From contig JBIOWP010000028.1 of assembly GCA_044868695.1 (NCBI GenBank), positions 1 to 20,672 on the forward strand: a stretch of DNA of 20,672 nt, read 5' to 3'. Below are positions 1 through 8,034 of this stretch, in pieces; positions within the stretch are counted from its first letter, which is position 1, and each line of letters opens with the position of its first letter. The position numbers and the translations under genes are program-made. A model generated the notes under the pieces. The model had not been told where the DNA came from. It saw only the letters and a program-made list of their open reading frames with translations, and did no database searches. Source of the stretch: a bacterium (GTDB lineage: Bacteria > Sysuimicrobiota > Sysuimicrobiia > Sysuimicrobiales > Kaftiobacteriaceae).

Positions 1-852
1 TCCATCGCCTACCAGATGGTGGGCAGCGTGAGCGATGCTGAGGACATCGTGCAGGAAGCGTTCCTGCGCTTCCATCGGGCACAGGGCGAGAGTGTGAACA
101 TCGACTCGCCCAAGGCCTGGTTGTCCACGGTCACCACCCGGCTTGCCATCAACCATGTACGCTCAGCCCGTGTGCGCCGGGAGACCTATCTTGGCACGTG
201 GCTGCCGGAGCCGCTGCTGACCGATCCGGCCCCCGACGCCTCCCAGTACGCGGAGATGGCCGACTCGCTCTCGATGGCGTTCCTCGTCCTGCTGGAGAGC
301 CTGAGCCCCGTCGAGCGGGCGGTGTTCCTGCTCCGGGAGGTCTTCGAGTACGGCTACGACGAGATCGCTGCCGTCGTGGGCAAGAGCGAAGAGAACTGCC
401 GGCAGATCGCCCTCCGGGCCCGGCGGCAGGTCGAGGCGAGGAAGCCGCGGTTCGAGGCCTCACGCCAGCAACGCGAGGAGCTCGCCCGGCGGTTTTTCGA
501 GGCGGTCCGCGAGGGTGACACCGAGCAGCTCATCCACTTGCTCGCTGCGGATGCCGTCGTCCACGCCGACGGCGGAGGGAAGGCTTCGGCGTTCCTGCGC
601 CCCGTGTACGGGCGCGAGCGGATCGCACGAATAATGCTGCTCGGGTTCGGATCTTGGCTGGAGCGCCTGGGAGGCGTGGGGATGCGGTTCGCGGAGATCA
701 ACGGACAGCCGGGGGCGTTGTTCTTCGGCGATGATGGGCGGGCCGTCTTGGTCGTCGCGCTCGACATCGCCGAGGGACTGGTCCAGACGATCCGCGCCAT
801 CAGCAATCCGGAGAAGCTGCGCCACCTGGACACGACCGCGGGTCGTCCCTGA
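1..852 (+). CDS. sigJ: ECF41/SigJ-type RNA polymerase sigma factor with SnoaL-like C-terminal extension (5' end lies outside the window)
   Basis: Frame is open from base 1 (SIAYQMVGSVSDAEDIVQEAFLR). Has region 2 DAEDIVQE, the ECF41 linker WLPEP, region 4 LSPVERAVFLLREVFEYGYDEIA, and C-terminal DGGGK and NPEKL motifs. Confidence 0.93.
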   Translation, partial: SIAYQMVGSVSDAEDIVQEAFLRFHRAQGESVNIDSPKAWLSTVTTRLAINHVRSARVRRETYLGTWLPEPLLTDPAPDASQYAEMADSLSMAFLVLLESLSPVERAVFLLREVFEYGYDEIAAVVGKSEENCRQIALRARRQVEARKPRFEASRQQREELARRFFEAVREGDTEQLIHLLAADAVVHADGGGKASAFLRPVYGRERIARIMLLGFGSWLERLGGVGMRFAEINGQPGALFFGDDGRAVLVVALDIAEGLVQTIRAISNPEKLRHLDTTAGRP

Positions 853-913
853 CCGCTTGATCGCTGAGGTCAGCCTGCAGGACCCTTCGATCCGTGACGG
901 GCGGCCGATAGGA

Positions 914-940
914 TGTCACACGGCGAGGCCGTGTGTTGTC
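914..940 (+). promoter_or_regulatory. ECF41-type promoter TGTCACA-N16-TGTC for the epimerase gene
   Basis: TGTCACA 914-920, 16-nt spacer, TGTC 937-940; ECF41 consensus is TGTCACA-N16-CGTC. Lies just downstream of an ECF41 gene and upstream of SD GGAGGAGG 963-970. Confidence 0.85.
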
Positions 941-975
941 TAGAGATCAGAATCAGAAAAACGGAGGAGGATGTC

Positions 976-1944
976 ATGAAGATCTTCGTCGCAGGAGCGA
1001 CTGGGGCATTGGGCCGGCGGCTCGTCCCCCTGTTGGTCGCCAAAGGCCACACGGTAGTCGGCACCACCAGCACCGCCCGCAAAGCGGATGCCATTCACGC
1101 CGCCGGCGCCACCCCCGTGGTGCTCGACGCCCTCGACCGGAAGGCTGTCCGTGAGGCCCTCACCCAGGCCGAGCCCGAGGTGGTGGTCCACGAACTGACG
1201 GCGCTCGGGGGCTTCACCGACTTCCGGAAGCTCGATGAGGGCTTCGCCGCCACGAACCGGCTCCGAACGGAGGGAACCGATCACCTGCTCGAGGGCCTTC
1301 GAGGGCTTCGGGTTCGTCGGATCGTCGCCCAGTCGTACGCTGGGCCGGGGGCCTACGCCCGAACGGGCGGGCCCATCAAAATTGAGGACGACCCGTTCGA
1401 TCAGGATCCCCCCGCCGCCCTTCGGCGAGTCGTCGAGGCCATGCGATATCTGGAGCGAGCGGTGCTGGAGGCCGAGGGCATCGAGGGGATCGTCCTTCGA
1501 TACGGGTCCTTCTATGGCCCGGGCACGTCACTCGGCGAGGGCGGGTTCCAGCTCGAGGGCGTCCGGCGTCGCCAATTCCCCATCGTCGGTGGGGGCACCG
1601 GGGTGTCGTCCTTCATCCACATCGACGATGCAGCCGCTGCGACCCTCGCAGCCATCGAGAGGGCCAAGCCCGGCGTGTACAACATCGCGGACGACGATCC
1701 GGCGCCGGTCGCCCAGTGGCTCCCGGCCCTGGCCGCTGCCATCGGCGCCAAGCCCCCTCGTCGAGTCCCCGCGTGGCTGGCTCGCCTGTTCGTGGGAGAA
1801 CACGGGGTTGTCATGATGACCGAGGCTCGCGGCGCCTCCAACGCCAAGGCCAAGCGGGATCTCGGCTGGCGGCCCGCGCACCCGAGTTGGCGGACCGGCT
1901 TCAAGGTAGGACTGGGCAACTCCGGAGCCACCAGGGCGGCCTGA
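976..1944 (+). CDS. NAD(P)-dependent epimerase/dehydratase (atypical SDR) family oxidoreductase
   Basis: MKIFVAGATGALG Rossmann motif, LRYGSFYGPG, SFIHIDDAA, YNIADD. Start moved to ATG 976 on the SD at 963-970. Epimerases/oxidoreductases are typical ECF41 targets. Confidence 0.92.
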   Translation: MKIFVAGATGALGRRLVPLLVAKGHTVVGTTSTARKADAIHAAGATPVVLDALDRKAVREALTQAEPEVVVHELTALGGFTDFRKLDEGFAATNRLRTEGTDHLLEGLRGLRVRRIVAQSYAGPGAYARTGGPIKIEDDPFDQDPPAALRRVVEAMRYLERAVLEAEGIEGIVLRYGSFYGPGTSLGEGGFQLEGVRRRQFPIVGGGTGVSSFIHIDDAAAATLAAIERAKPGVYNIADDDPAPVAQWLPALAAAIGAKPPRRVPAWLARLFVGEHGVVMMTEARGASNAKAKRDLGWRPAHPSWRTGFKVGLGNSGATRAA

Positions 1945-2039
1945 GGGCGAACGGCGCTCCCAAAACGCGGAATCAGGCTGGCGAAAGGTCAATGCGGCGT
2001 CCGCAATGCGTGTGATCGATCATCCATAAGGAAGCGTTA

Positions 2040-2304
2040 TTAGGCAGGTTTGGAGATCTCGATTTCGAGTCGGTGTGGAACCGAACGGCAGGGGGCGTCC
2101 GTCACTGGCGAATGTTCTTCAGCCCACTCGACGATCTCTCGCAGCTTATTTTCCGACGCGCCCGCAGCCGAGATGACGATCCGGGCCCAGGACTCGGTTG
2201 GGCCCGCCTGGATTCCTTCTGATATCCCGAGCATTCCCCGCTCATCGGAAAGGGAACCTACGGTCACCTCAAGGGAGTCGATGAGCGATTCCTTCTTGGG
2301 CAGC
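2040..2304 (-). pseudogene. 5'-truncated, frameshifted remnant of an OsmC-like protein gene
   Basis: Minus strand reads AAQEGIA (2304-2284), one extra base (2283), then IDSLEVTVGSLSDERGMLG...AGP...LREIVEWAEEHSPVTDA to TAA. This resembles the C-terminal half of OsmC-like proteins. TGA at 2307-2305 and no N-terminal half. Confidence 0.65.
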
Positions 2305-2328
2305 TCAGGGGCTGAGGATCCGCATACC

Positions 2329-2339
2329 TGTGGTAAGAT
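2329..2339 (+). promoter_or_regulatory. Housekeeping sigma-70-type extended -10 promoter (TGTG-G-TAAGAT)
   Basis: TGTG 2329-2332 and TAAGAT 2334-2339, upstream of SD GAGGAG 2349-2354 and ATG 2358. 2328-2342 matches 8606-8620 at 13 of 15 positions. Confidence 0.6.
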
Positions 2340-2357
2340 TTGTTACCTGAGGAGCCT

Positions 2358-2924
2358 ATGACAGCCATTCAGTACCTCGCACTGCTGCGCGGCATCAATG
2401 TGGGCGGAAGCAATGTGATCAAGATGACCAGACTGAAAGCCTGTTTTGAAGCGATGGGGTTCACGGATGTCACGACGTACATTCAGAGCGGGAACGTGTT
2501 GTTCACCTCGCATGAGAAGAATGTCCCGAGGTTAACTCACACGATTGAACACGGTCTCTCCAACGCATTTCGTTACGATCCACGAGTTGTCGTCATCACG
2601 CACAAGCAGCTGAAGAACGTGGTCGAACGTGCGCCCCGTCAGTTTGGCCGGGATGCGGCACGGTACAGATACGACGTGATCTTTTTGAAAGAACCTCTTA
2701 CCGCGAAAGGTGCGATGAAGAGCGTGACGGCAAGAGATGGCGTTGACCGCGCCCATGAAGGAAAAGGCGTGCTCTATTTCTCGCGTCTCATTGCCAGGGC
2801 AGCACAGAGCCAGCTGCCGAGAATCATCGCCCTGCCCGTGTATCAGGACATGACCATACGCAATTGGAACACCACGACAAAACTGCTCGCTCTGATGAAC
2901 GAGAGAGGAGGGAAAGAGAGCTAG
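2358..2924 (+). CDS. DUF1697 family protein
   Basis: YLALLRGINVGG...IKM, TYIQSGNVLF and TIRNWNT motifs; ATG 2358 with SD GAGGAG. Confidence 0.92.
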   Translation: MTAIQYLALLRGINVGGSNVIKMTRLKACFEAMGFTDVTTYIQSGNVLFTSHEKNVPRLTHTIEHGLSNAFRYDPRVVVITHKQLKNVVERAPRQFGRDAARYRYDVIFLKEPLTAKGAMKSVTARDGVDRAHEGKGVLYFSRLIARAAQSQLPRIIALPVYQDMTIRNWNTTTKLLALMNERGGKES

Positions 2925-3000
2925 TCAGCATGTAGATTTCGCTACCCGTCGTTCGACGCATAAGTAGGACGCCAACATGTCAGCAGACAAGGAGGCCGTT

Positions 3001-3537
3001 ATGCAAAAGTCCTTTGCAGCGAGTAAGCAACCAACTGTCAAGGGGACCAAAACCACATCCACGATCATCCCGTGCCTGTGGTTCGACCGCCAAGCGGAGG
3101 AGGCGGCGCGGTTCTACGTATCCTTGTTCCCGGACTCGCATATCGACACGGTCGTGAAGGCGCCGGCGGACTTCCCGAGCGGCAAGAAAGGGGACGTTCT
3201 CTCCGTCGATTTCACGCTGATGGGCCGGCGTTTCAGCGGCCTCAACGGCGGGCCGGATTTCAAATTCAATGAAGCAGTCTCCTTTACCATTCCGTGCGAG
3301 GACCAAGCAGAGGTGGACCGTTACTGGAAGGCCCTCTCCGCGGTTCCCGAAGCCGAACAGTGCGGCTGGGTGAAGGACCGCTTTGGCGTCTCGTGGCAGA
3401 TCGTACCGACGATGCTGTACCGGCTGCTTGCCGACCCTGACCGGACTAAGGCTGGGCGCGTGATGGAAGCCATGCTCAAGATGAAGAGGCTCGACATCGC
3501 CGGGCTCGAGCGCGCGGCCCACGTGAGCAAAAGATAA
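3001..3537 (+). CDS. VOC family, PhnB-like / 3-demethylubiquinone-9 3-methyltransferase-like protein
   Basis: IPCLWFDRQAEEAARFY, LNGGPDFKFNEAVSF, QCGWVKDRFGVSWQIVP; SD AAGGAGG 2989-2995 before ATG 3001. Confidence 0.9.
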   Translation: MQKSFAASKQPTVKGTKTTSTIIPCLWFDRQAEEAARFYVSLFPDSHIDTVVKAPADFPSGKKGDVLSVDFTLMGRRFSGLNGGPDFKFNEAVSFTIPCEDQAEVDRYWKALSAVPEAEQCGWVKDRFGVSWQIVPTMLYRLLADPDRTKAGRVMEAMLKMKRLDIAGLERAAHVSKR

Positions 3538-3543
3538 TCCACA

Positions 3544-4881
3544 ATGATGGGGGCGACGCAGCAGACGATTCTGGAAGTCGCCGGGCGCGAAGTGGTGATC
3601 ACCAACCCACAGAAGGTGTTCTTCCCGGACGCCGGCCACACGAAGCTCGACCTGGCGAGGTACTATGTCGCAGTCGCTGAGGGCGCGCTGCGCGGGATCG
3701 CCGGGCGGCCGATCGTGCTCAAGCGCTACGTGGATGGCGCGGCGCGCGAACCGTTCTTCCAGAAGCGGGCTCCCGAGCATCATCCCGACTGGGTCGAGAC
3801 GGTGAAGCTCCGTTTTCCCTCCGGCAGGACCGCGCGCGAGATCGTCGTGCGTGACGCGGCGCAGCTGCTGTGGGTTGTCAACCTGGGGTGCATCGACCTG
3901 AACCCGCATCCGGTGCGGGCCGGCGACCTCGAGCACCCCGATGAGCTGCGCATCGACCTAGATCCGGGTCCCGGGGTGAGCTGGGACGATGTGCGGAGGG
4001 TGGCCTTGATCCTGCGCGACGTGCTCGACGAGTTCGGCCTGCGCGGCTGGCCCAAGACGTCTGGATCGCGCGGCATGCATGTTCACGTGCGCATCCGGCC
4101 ACGCTGGAGCTTCGACCAGGTGCGCCGCGCGGCGCTGGCCGTCGCGCGCGAGGTGGAGCGGCGCGCGCCCCAATACGCGACCAGCAAATGGTGGAAGGAA
4201 GAGCGTCACGGGGTGTTCCTCGACTACAACCAGAACGCCAAAGATCGAACGGTGGCGTCGGCCTGGTCGGTCCGGCCGACGCCCGACGCACGGGTGTCGA
4301 TGCCGCTCGATTGGGACGAAGTTGCCGGATGCGATCCGGCGGCGTTTACGCTGGTCACCGCGCCGGCGCGATTTGCCCAGCAGGGGGACGCCGCGGCAGG
4401 CATCGACGGCGCCGCGGGATCCCTCGACACGCTGCTCGAGCTGTCCGCCGCGCAGGAAGCGGCGGGTCTCGGCGACGCGCCGTGGCCGCCACACTACAAG
4501 AAGCAGCGCGGTGAGCCGCCACGGGTCGCGCCGTCACGACAGAGGAAGGCGATCGATGGGAAGCGCAGCGGCCGCCGCATTCCGAGACATCCCCTCGTCA
4601 CTGTCGCAAATGCAGAGCACGCACAGGACGCGCTCGCCGGACTGGAACGTTGGAAAGAGAGACATCCCGAGACCGCAGCGCTCCTGCAGGCGGACGACAT
4701 CCTCGTCGACTCGATGCGCGGTCGCTCGAGCACGTGGACGCGCGTGCGGGTCAACCTGCGCCACGTTCCCGAGAGTCAGCGCCCCCCCGAGGAACCGCCT
4801 GATCCTAACTACGACCCCTGGCGGGAATGGCGATCGGGGCGACGCGGGTCGCGCGCGTCGAAGACCCGCTTCAGTTCGTAG
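3544..4881 (+). CDS. Stand-alone LigD-polymerase-like primase-polymerase (Prim-PolC type) with an additional C-terminal domain
   Basis: ITNPQKVFFP, TKLDLARYY, FFQKR, catalytic IDLDP, KTSGSRGMHVHV, VFLDYNQN, SVRP, and Prim-PolC-like PPHYKKQRGEPPRVAPSR. No ligase or phosphoesterase domain. Start is 3544 or 3547. Confidence 0.92.
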   Translation: MMGATQQTILEVAGREVVITNPQKVFFPDAGHTKLDLARYYVAVAEGALRGIAGRPIVLKRYVDGAAREPFFQKRAPEHHPDWVETVKLRFPSGRTAREIVVRDAAQLLWVVNLGCIDLNPHPVRAGDLEHPDELRIDLDPGPGVSWDDVRRVALILRDVLDEFGLRGWPKTSGSRGMHVHVRIRPRWSFDQVRRAALAVAREVERRAPQYATSKWWKEERHGVFLDYNQNAKDRTVASAWSVRPTPDARVSMPLDWDEVAGCDPAAFTLVTAPARFAQQGDAAAGIDGAAGSLDTLLELSAAQEAAGLGDAPWPPHYKKQRGEPPRVAPSRQRKAIDGKRSGRRIPRHPLVTVANAEHAQDALAGLERWKERHPETAALLQADDILVDSMRGRSSTWTRVRVNLRHVPESQRPPEEPPDPNYDPWREWRSGRRGSRASKTRFSS

Positions 4882-5939
4882 GGCGGGATGACCTCCAGCT
4901 GATCATAGCGGCAATCCTGCGGGCGTTTGTCGGGGCGCCAGCGCAGGAAGGTCGCTGCGTGGCGAAACCGGTTGCCCTGCAGATGGTCGTACTTCACCTC
5001 GCACACGCGCTCGACGCGCAGCGGTTCCCAGGAGAGATCCTTGCCCGCGCTCCAGCGGCTCTGGCCGCCGGGCATGCGGGTCAGTTCGTGCGCGTCCGCC
5101 CAGGCTCGCCAGGGATGGCGCCCCAGCGCGTTCGCGCGCAGCGGCGCGAGCTCGGCCACCAGGCGCCGGCGCTCGGCCATCGTGAAGGACGACGTCACCC
5201 CGACGTGGTGCAGCACGCCGCGAGCATCGTATAGACCGAGGAGCAGCGAACCGATCGCGCCCTCGCCGCTCTTGTGCCAGCGGAACCCCGCCACCACGCA
5301 CTCGGCTGTGCGCGCGTGTTTCACTTTGATCATCGCGCGCCTGCCGGGTTGGTAGGGGCTCTCCGCAGGCTTCGCGATCACACCGTCGATGCCGGCGCCT
5401 TCGAACTGCGTGAGCCACCGGGTGGCTGTGTCGCGATCGCGCGTCGTGGGCGTGACGAACAGCGGCGGGCCGGCACCGGCGAGTAGTCGTTCCAGGAGCA
5501 TGCGGCGCTCGCGCTGCGGCGCCGACATTCGGTTCCGGTCGTCGGATGCCAGCAGGTCAAACGCGACGAACGACGCCGGCGTCTCCTTCGCGAGTTTTGC
5601 CGCGCGCGACGCCGCGGGATGCAGCCGCAGTTGCAGCGCGTCGAAGTCGAGCCCCTGCGGTGTGCGGATGACAATCTCGCCGTCGATCACGCAGCCTCGC
5701 GGCAGCATTGCCAGGAGCGCGTCGTGCAGCTCCGGGAAGTAGCGGTCCAATGGACGGAGAAACCGGCTCTGGATGAAAAGACTGGATGTACCGCGAAACA
5801 CAATGGCGCGAAAGCCGTCCCACTTTGGCTCGAAGAGAAATTCCCCGTCGGGCGGGAGGGCGTCGGCGAGTTTGGCCAGCATCGGCTCGATCGGCGGCGC
5901 GATGGGGAACTCGGTGGCGCTCCCTTGGATCTTCACCAT
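4809..5939 (-). CDS. ligC: ATP-dependent DNA ligase, LigC type
   Basis: PPIEPMLAK, EPKWDGFR (adenylated Lys), IDGEIV, FDLL, DGVIAK, KVKH, GSLLLGLYD, EVKYDH...RFRH, RWRPDK. Confidence 0.93.
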   Translation of the reverse strand: MVKIQGSATEFPIAPPIEPMLAKLADALPPDGEFLFEPKWDGFRAIVFRGTSSLFIQSRFLRPLDRYFPELHDALLAMLPRGCVIDGEIVIRTPQGLDFDALQLRLHPAASRAAKLAKETPASFVAFDLLASDDRNRMSAPQRERRMLLERLLAGAGPPLFVTPTTRDRDTATRWLTQFEGAGIDGVIAKPAESPYQPGRRAMIKVKHARTAECVVAGFRWHKSGEGAIGSLLLGLYDARGVLHHVGVTSSFTMAERRRLVAELAPLRANALGRHPWRAWADAHELTRMPGGQSRWSAGKDLSWEPLRVERVCEVKYDHLQGNRFRHAATFLRWRPDKRPQDCRYDQLEVIPPYELKRVFDARDPRRPDRHSRQGS

Positions 5940-5956
5940 GTCGCATCATCCAGGGT

Positions 5957-7099
5957 ATGACACGGTCTGACGTTGCGCAAGCGAGGCTAGCGAATCACCG
6001 GCTTGGGCGTGAGAAGTTTCGCCGCCCCGGCCAGGTGGTGGCCTGGTTGGGGGCAGTGCAGGCGCAGGACTTCGCCGCCGCCAAGTGGGCGCTGGGGCTG
6101 CGCCTGCGTGATGCGGCCGACACCGACATCGAACGCGCCTTTGGGGATGGGGCGATTTTGCGCACGCATGTGATGCGGCCGACCTGGCATTTCGTAGCCC
6201 CGCACGACATCCGGTCCTTGCTCACGCTCACGGGGCCCGGCGTGCATGCGGCAAACGCCCGCATGTACCGGAGACTGGAGTTGGACAGGGGGCTGCTCTC
6301 ACGCTGTCATGCGGTCTTCACCGAAGCGCTGCGCGACGGGAATTATCTGACCCGCGCCGAGCTCGCGGATCGGTTGCACAGGCACCGGATCGAGGCGACC
6401 GGGCAGAGGCTCGCGTACATCCTCATGCACGCGGAGCTTGACGCGCTCATCTGCAGCGGTCCGCGCCGGGGCAAACAGTTCACGTACGCGCTGCTGGACG
6501 AGCGTGTCCCCCGGGCGCCAGCGCTGGACCGCGGCGACGCGCTCGGCCGGTGGACCCTGCGGTACTTCCGCAGTCATGGCCCCGCCCAGATGGTGGACTT
6601 CGCCTGGTGGTCCGGGTTACCGATGCGGGATGCGAAGCGGGGGCTCGATCTGGTCGCTTCGAAGCTGGCGCATGCCTCGATCGATGGGAAAACCTATTGG
6701 TTTGATCAGGGCATGAAGCCAACCAAGCCGAAGAGGCCGACGGCCTTGCTCCTCTCCATCTACGACGAATACATCATTGCGTACCGGGATCGAAGCGTGA
6801 TCGCTGAAGACCGCACCATCGAGAAACTGCTGGCGATGGGCAACGCGCTGACGTCCGTCCTCATCGTAGATGGCAAGATTGCTGGTACCTGGAAGAGAGC
6901 TGTTGTCCGCGGGCACGTTGAGGTGACGACGAGCCTGTTTAGGCCGTTCCGTGCGAATGAGCGCCGGGCGCTGAAGGCGGCAGCCGGCAGTTATGCCGCG
7001 TTTCTTTCGATGGGCCGAGCGGTCGTACGCGAGGAGCACTCGATCGACATACCGGTGATCAGCTCCCCTGTCACATCGGGTGGGCGTCGTTCGTCATAG
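5957..7099 (+). CDS. AlkZ/YcaQ-family (HTH_42 winged-helix) DNA glycosylase, QxQ (AlkZ-like) type
   Basis: LGAVQAQD motif, RTHVMRPTWHFV, ICSGP, YFRSHGPA..DFAWWSGL, LLSIYDEYIIAYRDR, VDGKIAGTW. Start moved to ATG 5957 to avoid overlap with ligC. Confidence 0.9.
   Translation: MTRSDVAQARLANHRLGREKFRRPGQVVAWLGAVQAQDFAAAKWALGLRLRDAADTDIERAFGDGAILRTHVMRPTWHFVAPHDIRSLLTLTGPGVHAANARMYRRLELDRGLLSRCHAVFTEALRDGNYLTRAELADRLHRHRIEATGQRLAYILMHAELDALICSGPRRGKQFTYALLDERVPRAPALDRGDALGRWTLRYFRSHGPAQMVDFAWWSGLPMRDAKRGLDLVASKLAHASIDGKTYWFDQGMKPTKPKRPTALLLSIYDEYIIAYRDRSVIAEDRTIEKLLAMGNALTSVLIVDGKIAGTWKRAVVRGHVEVTTSLFRPFRANERRALKAAAGSYAAFLSMGRAVVREEHSIDIPVISSPVTSGGRRSS
7069..7095 (+). promoter_or_regulatory. ECF41-type promoter TGTCACA-N16-CGTC for the second sigma factor
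   Basis: Exact consensus match: TGTCACA 7069-7075, spacer 7076-7091, CGTC 7092-7095. Lies in the last codons of the glycosylase ORF. Confidence 0.88.
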
Positions 7100-7106
7100 G
7101 GACGAT

Positions 7107-7133
7107 GACACACCACGACCGGGGTACGTGACC
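7107..7133 (-). promoter_or_regulatory. Inverted ECF41-like promoter GGTCACG-N16-TGTC overlapping the sigma start codon
   Basis: Minus strand GGTCACG (7133-7127), 16 nt, TGTC (7110-7107). 7123-7136 matches the VOC promoter -35 region 8505-8518 at 13 of 14 positions. Confidence 0.5.
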
Positions 7134-8024
7134 GTGCGCGAGAGTGACTGGCTGGCGCAGCGTTTCGAGGAGCACCGGCCCCACCTGCGGGGGGTAGCCT
7201 ACCGGATGCTTGGCTCGTTGAGCGAGGCGGACGACGCCGTCCAGGACGCCTGGCTCCGGCTCAGCCGTTCTGACCCGAGCGGGGTCGAGAACCTCGGGGG
7301 ATGGCTGACGACCGTCGTCGCGCGGGTGTGTCTGGACATGCTGCGCTCGCGCAAGTCGCGGCGCGAGGTGTCCCTGAGCGCCCACGTGCCCGAGCCGATC
7401 GTGAGCAGTGAGGACGGGATCGACCCCGAGCAGGAGGCTCTCGTCGCGGACTCGGTCGGTCTCGCGGTGCTCGTGGTCCTCGAGACCCTGGCTCCCGCCG
7501 AGCGGCTCGCGTTTGTGCTGCACGACATGTTCGCCGTGCCCTTTGACGAGATCGCTCCCATTGTGGGGCGCTCCCCGACCGCGGCCAGGCAACTCGCGAG
7601 CCGAGCACGCCGTCGGGTCCGGGGAGCGGCGGTCCCCGACGCCGATCTCCCCCGCCAGCGACGCGTCGTCAACGCCTTCCTCGCGGCCGCGCGTGCCGGC
7701 GACTTCGATGCGCTGGTCGCGGTGCTGGACCCCAACGTCGTGCTCCGAGCCGACGGCGGCGCCACGCGTCCGGGGGCATCGAGAGTAGTTCGAGGTGCGA
7801 AGGCCGTGGCCACAGGGGCGGTTACCGCCTCTCGCCTCGCCCAGTTCGCACGGCCGGCGCTCGTGAACGGAGCCGCAGGACTCGTCGCCTTCGACCCACG
7901 TGGACGGCTGAGATCCGTGACGGGGTTCACGGTGGCAGGAGAGAAGATTGTCGAAATCAACGTCCTTGCCGACCCCGCGCGCCTGCGCAAGCTCAACCTG
8001 GCAGTCCTCGGCGATCGACGTTGA
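7128..8024 (+). CDS. ECF sigma factor with SnoaL-like C-terminal extension (ECF41/SigJ-like, divergent motifs)
   Basis: WLAQRFEEHRPHLRGVAYRMLGSLSEADDAVQDAWLR, GWLTTVVARVCLDMLR, LAPAERLAFVLHDMFAVPFDEIA, SnoaL-like AGDFDALVAVLDPNVVLRADGG. Start is GTG 7128 or 7134; the track's 7080 lies inside the promoter. Confidence 0.92.
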   Translation: MTVRESDWLAQRFEEHRPHLRGVAYRMLGSLSEADDAVQDAWLRLSRSDPSGVENLGGWLTTVVARVCLDMLRSRKSRREVSLSAHVPEPIVSSEDGIDPEQEALVADSVGLAVLVVLETLAPAERLAFVLHDMFAVPFDEIAPIVGRSPTAARQLASRARRRVRGAAVPDADLPRQRRVVNAFLAAARAGDFDALVAVLDPNVVLRADGGATRPGASRVVRGAKAVATGAVTASRLAQFARPALVNGAAGLVAFDPRGRLRSVTGFTVAGEKIVEINVLADPARLRKLNLAVLGDRR

Positions 8025-8034
8025 CGAGGGCCGG

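Noticed and set aside
3544..5939. Complete NHEJ (Ku-LigD) system
   Set aside because: No Ku in the window, the polymerase lacks ligase and phosphoesterase domains, and the ligase is LigC-type.
5786..5956. Longer ORF-track start for the glycosylase (likewise starts at 913, 2340, 2977, 7080, 9850, 11380 and 12602)
   Set aside because: These overlap neighbouring genes or promoters, or lack an SD; downstream starts fit SD position and family N-termini better.
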